64,000 bases of DNA from Mobula hypostoma (lineage: Eukaryota), in contig NC_086097.1 in assembly GCF_963921235.1 (NCBI RefSeq), positions 11,904,001 through 11,968,000 on the forward strand. The letters are read 5' to 3'. Under the pieces are notes generated by a model. It saw nothing but the letters and a program-made list of their open reading frames with translations, ran no database searches and had not been told where the DNA came from. The position numbers were made by a program, and so were the translations under genes. Below, one piece after another: positions 50,834 through 64,000 of this stretch (its first letter is position 1; each line of letters starts with the position of its first letter).

Positions 50834-52370
50834 AATATTTCATTCGAAGTTTGAGGAGATTTGGTATGTCACCTAAAACACTTCCAAATTTCTACTGATA
50901 CATTCTAACGGGCTGCATCACCATCTGGTATGGGGTGGGGGGTGGGGTGTGCTACTGCACAGGATCAAAGTAACCTGCAGAGAGTTGTCAGCTCCATCAT
51001 GGGCACTAGCCTCCGTAGTATCCAGGACATCGTCAAGGAGCGGTGCCTCAAAAAGGAGGTGTCCATTATTAAGGACACAATCACCCAGGTCATGCCTTGT
51101 TCTTATTGATATTAACAGAAAGAAGATATAGAAGCCTGAAGGCACAGGGCACACACTCAGCGATTCAGCGATTTCCCTCTGCCATCTGATTTCTGAATGG
51201 ACATTGAACCCCTGAACACTACTTCATTACTATTCATTACTACCTCATTACCATTGAACACTACCACATTACTATTCTATTTCTGTTCTTGCACTAATGT
51301 TGTGATGTTAAACCTGATGCTGATTCTGCGAGGAACATCTCCTCCTTGCTGACAATCAACTCTGGCGCACCTCAGGGGTGTGTGCTTAGCCCGCTGCTCT
51401 ACTCTCTATATACACATGAGTGTGTGGCTAGGCATAGCTCAAACACCATCTATAAATTTGCTGACGATACAACAATTGTTGTAGAATCTCAGGTGTTGAC
51501 GAGGAGGTGTAAAGGAGTGAGATATGCCAACTACTGGAGTGATGCCCCAGCAACAACCTGGCACTCAACGTCAGTAAAGCGAAAGAGCTGATTGTGGACT
51601 TCAGGAAGGATAAGATGAAGGAACACATACCGATCCTCATAGAGGGATCAGAAGTGGAGAGAGTGAGCAGTTTCAAGTTCCTGAGTGTCAAGATCTGAGG
51701 ATTTAACCTGGTCCCAACATATCGATGTAGTTATAAAGAAGGCAAGACAGTGGCTATACTCTATTAGGAGTTTGAAGAGATCTGGCATGTCCACAAATAG
51801 AATCAAAAACTTCTATAGTTGTACCATGGAGAGCATTCTGACAGGCTGCCTGGAGTCCGGTATGGAGGGGCTACTGCACAGGACTGAAAGAAGTTGCAGA
51901 AGGTTGTAAATCTAGTCAGCTCCATCTTGGGTAGTAGCCTACAAAGTACCCAGGACATCTTCAGCGAGTGGGGTCTCAGAAAGGCAGCACCCATTATTAA
52001 GGATCTCCAGCACCCAGGGCATGCCCTTTTCTCACTGTTACCATCAGGATGGAGGTACAGAAGCCTGAAGGCACACACTCAGCAATTCAGGAACAACTTC
52101 TTTGCCTCTGCCATCTGATTCCTAAATGGACAATGAATCTTTGGACACTACCTCACTTTTTCTTAATATACAGCATTTCTGCTTTTGCACTTTTTGAAAT
52201 CTATTCAATATACATATACTGTAATTAATTTACTTGTTTATTTATTATTATTATTTTTCCTTTATTTAATTTTTTTCCCTCTGTTAGATTACGTATTTCA
52301 TTGAACTGTTGCTCCTAAGTTAACAAATCTCACGTTACATGCCGGTGATAATAAACCTGATTCTGATTCT
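50834..52370 (+). mobile_element. Two tandem Rex1/Babar 3' fragments (50834-51328, 51330-52370) inside a CR1 3' end (50695-50833 and 52371-52510)
   Basis: GAPQGCVLSPLLYSLYT..KFADDTT; HPGHALFSLLPSG; (ctgatt)n tails; CR1 flanks rejoin. Confidence 0.82.
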
Positions 52371-53504
52371 GAATGTGAGGAAAATGGAAGGGTATGGACA
52401 TTGTGTAGGCAGAAGAGATTAGTTTAGTTGGCCATTTGATGACTAATTTAACTAGTTCAGCACAACACCGTGGGCTGAAAGGCCTGTTCCTGTGCAGCAA
52501 TGTTTTATGTTTTTTGTTAACATTGTAAACTTGATCCAGGGCCCTGCGATTAGCTCTTCAGATTCGAATGAATGATATTTCTTCACAGACCTACTCAGTA
52601 AAATGCCTCCAGACTTGTTAAAGTACAGCTATACACTGCGTTTTGCAGATAAATAACACTTTTCCATATGTAGTGAGCTAGGGGAATGAACTTTTCAGGA
52701 AAAGTGCTTTTACTCCTAAAATGCTTTGACCTTTATTTCAGAGCTAAGTGCTGAATCTGGTCCTTTGTCATCGCAGAGACATTTAGATTGCCTTCTTTTG
52801 GCCCACTGGATCATTCGCATCTAATTTTGCACCGGAATCCAGAAAGAACACTCGTGCTGGCAGTTCCAAACAAAACCACAGGAATTTTGACACTTTAGCA
52901 GCAGTAAATTTGGGAATTCTGTGCATGTGCTATCAAACCCAAAAGTCCTGAACTAAGGTGGCAGTAACTATCAAGGAGAAATCCACGTGGAATCTAGACT
53001 GGAGCCAACACTCGTTGATCTTCTCCAGCACTTAAGCTGAGGAATCACCTCTCTGACACTGTGGGATGTTAGATCTGGCACAGAATCGACAATCTCATTG
53101 ACTTTGACGGGGTTGCGGAGCTCCAGGTAAGGAGGGTATGGACATCCCTGTTTTAAATTTGTTTTGTTTTTATTCAGTGTTTTTAATTGTCTACATTGAT
53201 ATAGTTATTTACAGATAGATTGGGTGTATGGGGTGTCCAGGGAAAGGTAGCACCTCTGGAGAAGGGGCTTGTCATGTCCATTCTGACACAATTCATTTAC
53301 CCCTGAGCCCCCACCTACTGCAGTTCACTCATCTCTCACCTGTGGTGCCATGTAGCTGTTTGACAGCAACCACACCCCAGTACACTGCTTCAACGGGCGG
53401 GCCAATCCAGGTGAGGGCAGCCGGCGGGCTTCATACCCCAGTGAGATAGGGACATGCCTGTCTTAGCATGGAGACCAGCTGCAGCGGACTGGGTGGAGGT
53501 ATGT

Positions 53505-54525
53505 TGTCAAAACAGCTGACATGGACCACCAACACCTCGCTGCTTGTAAAATAAGGCACAACAAAGCCTCTTCTTCCTCAGAAAGCTGAAACAGGCCAAA
53601 CTCCCACAAAAGCTGTTGCTTAACTTCTAAATTAAGGCATCTGTTATCTTGTGAGACCATGGATCTGTGCCTGGAAAGTCTTCCCTCTCCAGGGTGCAGG
53701 CCTGGGCGAGGTTGTATGGAAGACCAGCAGTTGCCCATGCTGCAAGTCTCCCCTCTCCACGACACCAATGTTGTCCAAGGGAAGGGCATTAGGACCCATA
53801 CAGCTTGGCATCAGTGTCGTCGCAGAGCAATGTGTGATTAAGTGCCTTGCTCAAGGAACAAAACACGCTGCCTTGGCTGGGGCTCGAACTCACGACCTTC
53901 AGGTTGCTAGTTGAACGCCTTAACCACTTGGCCCTGTGCTTAACTTCTACAGAAGCACAATTGAAACCACCCTGACCAACAGCGCCACAGTGTGGTATGC
54001 CAGCTGCACAGCCGCTGAGCGACAAGACCTGCATCGCGTGGTGAGGGCGGCCCAATGAATTGTCAGGGTGGAGCTCCCAGGACTGGACACCATCTATTCC
54101 AGCAGACTCAGGAGGAAAGCAATCAGCATAACCAGAGACACCACACACCCCGGCCACTCCCTGTTTGACCCGCTGCCCTCCAGAAAAAGGTTCAGGACAC
54201 TAAAAGCCAGAACAAATAGACTGAGGAACAGCTTCTATCCCAGAGCTGTGGCCTCCATCACACCACTCCCACAGAACAATGACTGAAACTGTGAGCACAC
54301 ACATCCACACACAAGGACTGAAATACTTGCACTAACAGCACTTTGTGCATTACTGTAATATTCTGGTGCTGCGGCAACTTATTTTCTGCTACTTATCTAT
54401 TTAATACTGTTTTTCTATTACTGTCTTGTTTTTATCTACCACTTTATTTAATTGCCTGAGAGGAAACCAAACAGAGTTTCATTGTACCTATGTATAATGA
54501 CAATAAAGATCATTCAATTCAATTC
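53505..54525 (+). mobile_element. Rex1/Babar 3' fragment interrupted by a SINE
   Basis: HPGHSLFDPLPS..RLRNSFYPRAV; (ttcaa)n tail at 54512-54525. Confidence 0.82.
53630..53936 (-). mobile_element. tRNA-derived SINE, same family as 40976-41277
   Basis: Reverse-complement match over its length; TSD tgcttaacttcta at 53617-53629 and 53937-53949. Confidence 0.9.
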
Positions 54526-56419
54526 AGAGCAACAGTAAAGTTCAACAGCCAGGAAGATGGTTCTGAGACAGACATGACAAAGCACAGAGGAAGTCACGGA
54601 CATCCACTACAACCAAGGAAGTCCCGAGTTTGTCATGACTACTCGTGTCACTGGACCCAGACTTTCAAGATCAAGAGAGTGGAACTGCACCCGTGTAATG
54701 ACTTTTCCACATGTCAAAACTCTGCCACGCAGGTCTCCTGTCATTGTTGGATATGATAGACAACTAGCATTGATAGAAGGCATTCAGTGGGCTGGCAGTT
54801 TATTAACAATGATCTACTGACTTCCATTCTGTGCTTATCGTCACAATTTGTAACAGCGTTGTAAATTGAAATACTGACCATATAAGTACGTTGAAACTCA
54901 AAAAATTTTCAAAGTAAAGGTTGTGGTACATTTAATATTTTGAAAATTTATGGATTATATTCATTAGCACACAATTAATTACTATGTTAATATAAACACA
55001 ATTATATTAACATAGATTTCAAAATTATATTAACATTATATAAAATAAAATTCTAGCTGGACAGCAACGAAGGTTATGGGCACGGAACTTTTCAGTTACT
55101 GCATGTCTACGCACTGGTGCAGCCCAGAAGGAACAATGTATGTGATTCTGTGACTATATTTACACTTCAACTTAAAGAAATACTATTTACATTAAAAAAA
55201 ATTACTTCCATTTTAGTAATTGTTAGATATTTCTAACGGCAGTGACACGCCATGGTTGTGGATCAGAATCAGAATCAGGTTTACTCGGATGTGAAATTTG
55301 TTGCAACACACACAATGTGTTGGGGGATCTCAGCAGATCAGGCAGCATTAATGAAACTCAATGAACAGTCAGGCCGAGATCCTTCAGTTATGCGTATTGC
55401 TCTGGATTTCCAGCATTTGCAGAATCTCATCTGTTTGTGAAATTTGTTGTTTTGCAACAGCAGTACAATACAAGGTATAGAAATTGCAATAAATTACCAA
55501 TAAATAAATAGTGCAAAAGAGAAATAGTGAGCTTGTATTCGTGGGTTCATGGACCATTCAGAAACCTTACAGCAGAAGGGAAAAAACTGTTCCTGAAGCA
55601 TTGAGTGTTGGTCTCCTTCCCAATGGTAGTAATGAGAAGAGGGAATAAAGGTATCCCTTCTAGCTTTTTTGGATCCCAAAGCTGGTGGTGGGGCTCTGCC
55701 AGCTTCCAAAGACAATTCAAGGATGGCACATCCTCCCTGCAGCACCGAAGGCCCTGCCACTACTTACGCCATTCTGGGACACAAGTGACCTCTGTGTAAA
55801 CCAGCCAAACATTAAGCTCAGGAAACTGCTATTTTTTTTTTTCACTCTTGCTATTTCCAAGAGCGAGGAAGACCCAAGGTTTGATCAACGTAAGTGCCGG
55901 GTTGAAATGGAAAGTTTGGGGATGGGCTGAATTGAGGTGGGAGGGTATAGGCCCCCATAGCACACTGAAACAACTGAACCTGATGTTTGGATGACGGTTT
56001 AGGTGCCGGGTGAGATTGGAACAGGCAGGGTGTTGGGGCTTGGGGCAAAGGGTGGACTGGTTCAGCTCACTACTCCACCACAGTCACTCGGCTTTGCGCG
56101 GAACTATGAGTCTTGGGCTCTCTTTGTGGACTTCTGTTCAGAATGCTATTTGCTTGCAGTTATAGTTTGCATGATCTGTTGTTTCTTTTTTCTTTTCTCT
56201 GAACATTGGAGTGTTTGATGATCTTCTTTAATAGGCTCTAGTAGGCTTCTTTGTTTTGTGGCTGCCTGTTAGGAGACAAATCTGAAGGTTGAATAATGTA
56301 TGTAAAGTTTGATAATAAATGAAATTTGAGCTTTGAACTTTTTGATCACATGACAATATCTATTTAAATAAATAATACAAATGTTGATGACAAACATGCA
56401 ACATTGCTTCACCTTCCTA

Positions 56420-56843
56420 TGTCACAACTACAGAATTGGCAGCTCAGTAGATGCAGCAATTGCGCTTGTGAATATGCATGTGTCAGCTAATTATTCTTTC
56501 ATTGTGATGGTATTTAACTCCATTCTTTTCATCAAAGCACTTGTCGAGACTTGTGCAAAGTACAGCAACGTTTCACTGCTTGCTTGCATTTGGCCTTGCC
56601 TGAGAAATTGGACTGTCGAGTCAACTGACCCTGAAGACTATCATATTCATTTTATATTTAGTTATTCCTTTCAGCCACAGTGTTGGCTTTGTTTTCCACT
56701 TGAGAATTTTAGTTAACAGTGATATTTGGTCTAGCGTTTACTATTTTCTTTCCCCTCTAACTGTTCGCATTAAAGTCTGTGAGTTATCATCCCACTTCAG
56801 TGTCTCTCACTCTGCACTTGGGCCATATCAGAATGTAGTGACA
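56420..56843 (+). mobile_element. Possible solo LTR
   Basis: tgtcac...gtgaca termini, ATTAAA near the 3' end, imperfect 4-bp TSD ccta/cctt. Confidence 0.5.
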
Positions 56844-57373
56844 CCTTGAGATATTGGCAGTCGGCGTTTCAGGCTGAGGCCCTTCATATCTGTGTGTTGC
56901 TCTGTAAAGAGTTTGTACATTCTCCCCATGACTGTATGGCTTCCCTCTGGGTCCTCCCACAGCTGAAAGGTGTACTAGTCAGTAGTTTAATTGATCATTG
57001 TTATTTGCCCTGTGATTAGGCTCGGCTTCAATAGGTGGGTTGCTGGGAGGTGCAGCTCATTGGGCCGGAAGAGCCTGTTCCGTGCTGTATCTCCAAATAG
57101 AAATAAATAAACAAATAAGGTTAGTGGATTAATTGTCTGTAGTAAGTCACCTGTAGTGTGGGGGTGAGAGGGAGAATCTGGGGGTGGGGGAGATGGTGAG
57201 AATGTGGAGAGGATAGAATGGGCTCAGTGTAATGAACAGCTTTGTTCTCCATGGGTAGAAGGGTGTCTTTCTACGCAGTATGACTCTGAGAGGGCAACAG
57301 TAGACTTAAATATTGAAACCATAAATTAGTATTTTGGTTTGTAATATATCCATTACATTTATTGGCTGTATAT

Positions 57374-58257
57374 TGTTACATACCTCAAGGAGATCTGTGA
57401 TTTTTTTGTGAGAATGATGTAATGGTCTTTTGGAGGTCACCTGATGTAATTTTCCCACCGATGTGAGGTTATGTGATGACATGTGCACCACAGGTATATA
57501 AGGCAAGACCCCAGATAACGCAGTTAGGTTTTAGTTTTAGTTTTCCAGCTAGAACGTACTGCGTCTCTGCTTCTGTTGCATATTTGATTTTATGATGCAG
57601 TTTCATTTTTTAAAGCAGTTGTTACATTCTGTTGTAAGGTACAATAGTGCTGGATTGGCAATTTTTGCTAGATGTGTTGATGTACCTTATTCCAGCAGTA
57701 GTACGGGAGAGTGAAGACTTTATCGAAGTACAGGTCCCGAAGGATTGAGGAGGAGCCGGTTTCGTTCGGCAGTTTAACAAAGGATCGACCTTATTGAGTC
57801 TTCGTTGAAGGAGTAGTGACCTGCATCAAAGATAACTCTTGTCAAAACAGCAAAGAGTTCATGTGGGATTTGCTCTCTAGAATTTAAGGTCAGTTGTTTT
57901 AAACTGTTTATTTCCTGCATCTTGAATCCTTTGGACAGAACCAGCAGGAAAGTCGTGTCTATGAAGAAATCCTTCTCCAGAGAAGTCTCTCCCAATCGAA
58001 AGTATAAATCTGTTGGACTTTTGAATTTACCATTTTAAGAACTATATCTGACTTTACCGCTTTAAGAACTGTTTTCGCATTTAACGCTTTAAGAACCAGT
58101 GCTGAGTGACGATTTGTTGAACGGCTGCATAGCGATTAACTTCCGGTTAAGGTTTTCGTTTGTTTTTTTATTATTGTTTATCTGTGTTTAATAAATGTTT
58201 GGTTGTTTTTTATATAACTTGTCTCGATTGACATTCATTGTTGCCGGTTACGTAACG
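57374..58257 (+). mobile_element. Solo LTR (884 bp, Gypsy-like)
   Basis: tgttac...gtaac(g) termini; 4-bp TSD atat at 57370-57373 and 58258-58261; TATATAA 57495-57501; AATAAA 58190-58195. Confidence 0.78.
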
Positions 58258-58526
58258 ATATTGAGGTATGATGTGCTTCATTTGGTGCTCTTGATCGCCA
58301 CGGTTAAACACAGGAGAAGATCTTAATTTCCAGTTGAGAATCAATTATGCTTACTTACCTCATCTGAAATTTATTGACTGCAATACAACGTTCCTTAAGC
58401 AATACACACAAAATGCTGGAGGAACTCTAAGGGTCAGGCAGCATCTATGGAAATGAATAAGCTGTTGATGGTATAGACCGAGACTCTTCTTCACGATTGG
58501 AAAGGAAGGGGGAAGATGTCAGAACA

Positions 58527-59119
58527 GGTTCCTTAAGGTTGTTGGAGCTGGGGAAGGTAATGGGGATAATCTCCCACTACCTAGTAAATGTTCCCAATGC
58601 TGTGTATCTCAAATAGCCTCTGACAACCAAGTTCAGCTCTTGGCCTTCACGTTTGGCTTAGCTACTAAACCTGGTGGAACCATTTCTACTGACAGGAGAA
58701 CAGGCAAAGGTGGGTAACTGGTACCTTAAAACCAGTCACTTCTGGCAGAAGGGGCTCACCAGCTGTGTTTTGCATTTTATCTAAGAGAAGGAAAATTCTG
58801 ATCTCAAATCTTGGCTGACTTGCAGCTATACCCACTCATGGGGAAGGATTCGGGACTAAATCCAGAGGCAAAATCTGGAGATAGAGCCTTGTGCTGAGTT
58901 TAATGCTGACTGGTAACTCCTACGATGGCGCTGGTGCCAAACTGCATCGGCCTCTGCCATTCCTTTGGATTCATCAGCTGTGTGGAGAGAGGGAGCCTGC
59001 TACTTGGGCAACAGCTTGCTCTCTATACGGTACTACCCTGGCTTGCATACTGGTTTGTACATATGTAGACAGGTAGGGTGCAACATCTATAGTTAACTCC
59101 AATTAATGAAGGGCCTCAA
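58527..59119 (+). mobile_element. RTE-related non-autonomous repeat, copy C
   Basis: Similar to 48194-48732 from ggttccttaagg to gggcctcaa. Confidence 0.65.
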
Positions 59120-59219
59120 CAATGACATGAGAACTTAGTGTGGTAGATATATCTGTAAATTTCTTAATGTTAATGTGAATATATTGTCTACAATATTCAT
59201 GCAATATAAGTATAAACAA

Positions 59220-60036
59220 GTGCTACACATGTCCTTACATTTCCTCCCTTACCACCATTCAGGGCCCCAAACAGTCCTTCCAGGTGAGGCAACACTTCAC
59301 CTGTGAGTCGACTGGGGTGATATACTGCGTCCGGTGCTCCTGATGTGGCCTTTTATATATTGGCGAGACCCGACGCAGACTGGGAGACCGTTTTGCTGAA
59401 CATCTACGCTCTGTCCGCCAGAGAAAGCAGGATCTCCCAGTGGCCACACATTTTAATTCCACATCCCATTCCCATTCTGACATGTCTATCCACGGCCTCC
59501 TCTACTGTAAAGATGAAGCCACACTCAGGTTGGAGGAACAACACCTTATATTCCGTCTGGGTAGCCTCCAACCTGATGGCATGAACATCGACTTCTCTAA
59601 CTTCCGCTAGGCCCCACCTCCCCCTCGTACCCCATCTGTTACTTATTTTTATGCACACATTCTTTCTCTCACTCTCCTTTTTCTCCCTCTGTCCCTCTGA
59701 ATATACCTCTTGCCCATCCTCTAGGTCCCTGCCCCCGCCGTCTTTCTTCCCGGACCTCCAGTCCCATGATCCTCTCATATCACTTTTGCCTATCACCTGT
59801 CCAACTCTTGGCTCTATCCCTCCCCCTCCTGTCTTCTCCTATCATTTTGGATCTCCCCCTCCCCCTCCAACTTTCAAATCCCTTACTCACTCTTCCTTCA
59901 GTTAGTCCTGACGAAGGGTCTCGGCCTGAAACGTCGACTGCACCTCTTCCTAGAGATGCTGCCTGGCCTGCTGCGTTCACCAGCAACTTTGATGTGTGTT
60001 GCTTGAATTTCCAGCATCTGCAGAATTCCTGTTGTT
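59220..60036 (+). mobile_element. Penelope 3' fragment: GIY-YIG region plus pLTR
   Basis: Close reverse-complement match to 2440-3268; 13-bp TSD taagtataaacaa at 59207-59219 and 60037-60049. Confidence 0.92.
59904..59940 (+). ncRNA. Minimal hammerhead ribozyme motif, intact core; predicted cleavage after C59935
   Basis: agtc-CTGACGA-agggtctcggcct-GAAAC-GTC-gactg. Confidence 0.8.
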
Positions 60037-60479
60037 TAAGTATAAACAATTTGTTGTTTGCCCGTTGTGAGGTGCACATCTTTCTTTTGAAGTACCGAGA
60101 GAAAATTATAGTTAGAAATTACCAACAAACTAAGATTGATTTACAGAACTGGTCCCATGCCCAAAACTTTAGCAATTTACAATAACGTATTTGGGGAAAA
60201 TAATATTTGCTTTCTATATTGTCATTGATACACAAATCAACTCTTCTGGAGGTTTAGCTGGTAGAATCTGGATGGATTGATGAGAATGAGAGGAGAATAG
60301 AATGGGGTTAATGTAAATGGGTTTTCAGTACTAGGACAGCAAAAGCTTTCATAAAAGACACTGACGTTGAATTTGGTCAGTGCAGGTTGTAAGAGATGGC
60401 TATAAAAGTACAAATTTACTTTCCTAACACCTGAATCTGATACATCTCTTCCTCATCTATTTTTAAACTCGTGCCATCA

Positions 60480-60796
60480 AACCATAGGAGAAGAATTAGG
60501 TGATTTGGCCCATTGGATCTGCTCCACCATTCTATCATGGTTGCTTTATGATCACTCTTAACCCCATTCTCTTGCCTTCTCCCCATAAACTTTGGCATAC
60601 TCGCTAATCAAGAATCTGTCAGCCTCCACTTTAAACATACCCAAGGACTTGGCCTCCATAGCCACACGTGGCGCCAAATTCTGCCGATTTACCACCCTCT
60701 GGCTGAAGAAATTCCTCCTCATCTCTTTTCTAAAGGTATGTCCTTCCGTTCTGAGGCCATGCCTTCTTGTGCTACGCTCACCCACAACAGGAAACT
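60480..60796 (-). mobile_element. CR1 3' end fragment
   Basis: TRRHGLR..EMRRNFFSQRVVN. Confidence 0.8.
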
Positions 60797-62659
60797 AGAG
60801 ATTTAATATCCATTAGAGTGCCAGTTCCCTGAAAATATTGCCTACATTGTGGAGAAATGCAGAAGATTGGTTTGTGAAACACTGTGAGTCGTGAATGCCC
60901 TTGCACTAATCTGAGTGTTAACATTTTTGTTTTTAAATGTTGGCTCATGAAACAACCAAACTAAATCAGTTCCCTGTGATTACATAGACATTATTATATG
61001 CTAAATAAATTCAGGTGGTCAGATGACTGGTACTCACTACTAGTGATCCTTTATTTAATTTGAAACTATGACAATATACAAAAGAACAAAGTGAAAACTT
61101 CTTACCATTTCTTTTCATGTTACACTTTTGTGTTATGCTGTTGGCATTTAGAGCAGCAATGAAGGTTCTCCATCTCTGTCTGTACTGTCATACACAGATG
61201 TAGGACTCTGTATTGATGTTTCCATAACAATTTTATTTGACCAGTCAGGGTTGTTAGCTCTGAGTTGAAGCCCCCAAACTGGAGGACTAGTGAACCACCC
61301 TTAGTCTAGCCACTACCCTTTTATCTTTTTGGCATAGGTGGTCTTACCAAGAGTCAAAGCACAAGGAAGGCACTGACTCCACCCCAACATAGCTCTCCGG
61401 GTCATTGAGGAAAACTTGTGGTCCTTGTGGAGGGCCCTCTTTCACTGATTACATTAAATTTCAGAAGTCCATCTATCACTGCCTTGAATATCCTCAGTGA
61501 CTGAGCCTCCAGAGTTTACATATGGAGAGAATTCCAAAGAATCATTCCCTTCAGGATGAAGAAATTTCACCTCATCTCTATCAACAATAGTACAGCTTCT
61601 ATTTTGTGATTGTTATACCCAATTCTAAACACAACCAACCAGGAGAAACTTCATCCCTACATCTGTTTTCTCAATCTTTGCAATAATTTGAGATAAGTCA
61701 AAGTTTGAGAATTTGCATTAACTGTAGTAATATTAAGATTTGTTATAAACGATGGGAGGCAAATTTTCATTTATTATGATAAGACACTGAATTTTTGTGT
61801 AACTTTTACTTATATGCAATAATGCATTGATGTGGTCGGTCAGGAAAGTATTGTCTTCATACAATAGGAACACAAATTGATTGACAGGACAAAGTTTGTT
61901 ACATTCAGGCATTAATGGAAGGCAGGCTGGACAATTGGATTAGGTTCAATGAAAGTTTCTTCCCCTCTGCTGATGCTAAAAACTCTAAGACCATCCTGGA
62001 CCATGTGTCTTTCTCTCAACTTTCACAAGTTCTCTTATGCTTACTTTAGTTAACTTTGTCATGTAACTTACGTAAAAGTTATGTTAGTTCTAAGTCTATG
62101 TTGACACATGTTTGAAATGCATGGAGCTGCGGCTGCAAGAAGCTGCTAACCTTCATGGCAAGCCAAACCTGCCCAACACAGCACCAGTATGTGCCTATCT
62201 GCCATCTAGGACATATATATATATACAGAAAGTTGCTGGGAAAAGGCCAGCAACATCGTGAAAGATGCCACTCACCCTGCTCATTGGTGGAGAGTATCAG
62301 TGAGGAGACCATGTAGTGTCCACACCAGCATCACCAGACTCAAAAACTGCTATTTTCCGGAAGCAGTTTGGGCAGCATGGGAGCACAGTGGTTAGCAGAA
62401 TGCTTTACAGTACCAGTAACCTGGGTTCGATTCCTGCTGCCGTCTGTAAGGGTTTTGCTGGTTCTCCCTGTAATCACATGGGTTTCCTCTGGGTGCCCTG
62501 GTTTCCACCCACAGTCCAAAGACACCGGTTGGTAGGCTAATTGTTCATTGTCAATTGTCCCATGATTAGGCAAGGATTGAATTGGACTTTTGTTTCCCCT
62601 TTATCATTTCTCTTCCAAAAGAGATGTAAGGTGCCTTTTCCGTCTGCTTGTCTGCAGAT

Positions 62660-62955
62660 CAGTGTAGCACCTGCTTATCGCAAGCCCCCCCACACACACA
62701 CAATCAGGGTGACTTGAAGCCACGGGAACAGGCAGTGGACAGTTATCAATGCAGCTGGAGCATAGCGCAAGTCGTGGTTATGCGACCACTGATGACAGGC
62801 AGACAATCTCTGAAAAAGTATTGATCATGGCAGGGATCACCCATCTTGTAAAGACACTGTCCGGAAGAAGGCAATAGGAAAATCTGCAAAGAACAATCAT
62901 GGTCATAGATCACGATTGCCCACATCATACAACACGACACAACACATGATAATGA
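62660..62955 (+). mobile_element. SINE-like repeat with RTE-like tail
   Basis: Uninterrupted homologue of 6111-6275 plus 8979-9095. Confidence 0.65.
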
Positions 62956-63462
62956 TGATGATATCGTGTTTACTTTAATGCTGGTATATTGTTGACATTA
63001 CTCAATGCATTGACATGCTTCTGCATAGAATGCAGATTTAACTCTCATAGAAAAAAATCCACTTGCATTTATTGATGCCTTTCCCCCATTACAAAAACAA
63101 AATATCCAGGACATTTGTGTACAGGTGGTTTGAAGAGGAACAGGCAAAGTGGCTGGGATAGTTAACTCCCAATTTTGGATGAAATGAGTGCTCATGCACC
63201 TCTAAATTGGTGCTGTGAGATTGTGTCAACATTGGATAACAATTGTTATTATAATCATAGTAGGCAGAAGATGCAGAGAATGATGTTAAGGGAACATGTA
63301 TTGCTGATTTGATTGCAATTTTCCAGAAAATGCCACCATGACTGAACACATATTCAACAAGTGCTGTCTTTGGGAATCATTGGCTACGTAGAGTTTGGTA
63401 TATTCCACCTTCACAGAGCCTCCAACTTGATGGCATGAACATCAATTTCTCCAACATCTGGC

Positions 63463-64000
63463 GGGAGGAGAAGATGGCAGCGCGACGCAGCGCGCGCAGC
63501 TTTCTGGTGAAATAATATCGTATCTGTTAAATAGGGGCTGTGGACAATTCGGATTTGATGAAGACAGACGTGAGAAGCAGAGGAACATCTGGAGAAATTT
63601 CTGAAATGCCTGGTTCGCTGCTGTTGTTACTGGGCGATCGAGAATCTCCAGAGGGAAGGCCCCAAAATCCCCGACTTTGCCTGCTGCTGGCGACCGAGGC
63701 TGAGGTTGAAGCGTTCGGATAGAGATGGTGCTCAGTACTCAGTGTCGGAGGGCTGATCAGAGCTTGAAGTTTTCGGAAGACTCAGAGTCGGACTGTGGTC
63801 GAGCATGGCAGGGAGAGTTTTCTTCCTTCTCCTGTCTGCGTGAGATGTGGGACTTTCGAGAAACTTTGAACTTTTTTACTGTGCCATGGCCTGTTCTTCA
63901 TCAAGTTATGGTATTGTTGCACTGTTGTAACTATATGTTATAATTATGTGGTTTTGTTAGTTTATTCAGTCTTGGTCTGTCCTGTGTTTTGTGATATCAC
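63463..64000 (+). mobile_element. ~630-bp non-autonomous retroelement, copy 4 (runs off the window)
   Basis: Colinear with 19429-19966. Confidence 0.88.

Noticed and set aside
53029..53132. Exon-like segment (ttctccag...CAGgtaagg)
   Set aside because: Stop codons in all three frames; unsupported without transcript data
1..64000. CRISPR arrays, operons or prokaryotic defence/RT systems
   Set aside because: The sequence is vertebrate; there are no regular repeat-spacer arrays, and all RTs belong to CR1, Rex1 or Gypsy elements

Overview
Vertebrate genomic DNA dominated by transposable elements, very probably from a cartilaginous fish (ray or shark). That assignment is inferred from HE1-like V-SINEs, CR1 LINEs with an esterase ORF1, Rex1/Babar LINEs and Penelope elements. 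No host protein-coding gene can be supported, so the window looks intergenic or deep intronic. Main contents: (1) a near full-length CR1 LINE (1-~6050) split by Penelope and Rex1 insertions; (2) a complete but decayed chromodomain-bearing Ty3/Gypsy (Tf1/sushi-type) LTR retrotransposon (13023-18330) with 5-bp TSDs and a self-priming-type PBS; (3) many Penelope-like element (PLE) copies and short derivatives carrying minimal hammerhead ribozyme motifs, four with clear 9-14 bp TSDs; (4) a CR1 RT ORF that stays open through an in-frame SINE insertion; (5) solo LTRs, a composite Tc1-type MITE, a hAT MITE, several SINE families and deep TE nesting; (6) a few repeat-free stretches that may hold conserved non-coding elements. 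All calls were made by eye, and boundaries without TSDs are approximate.
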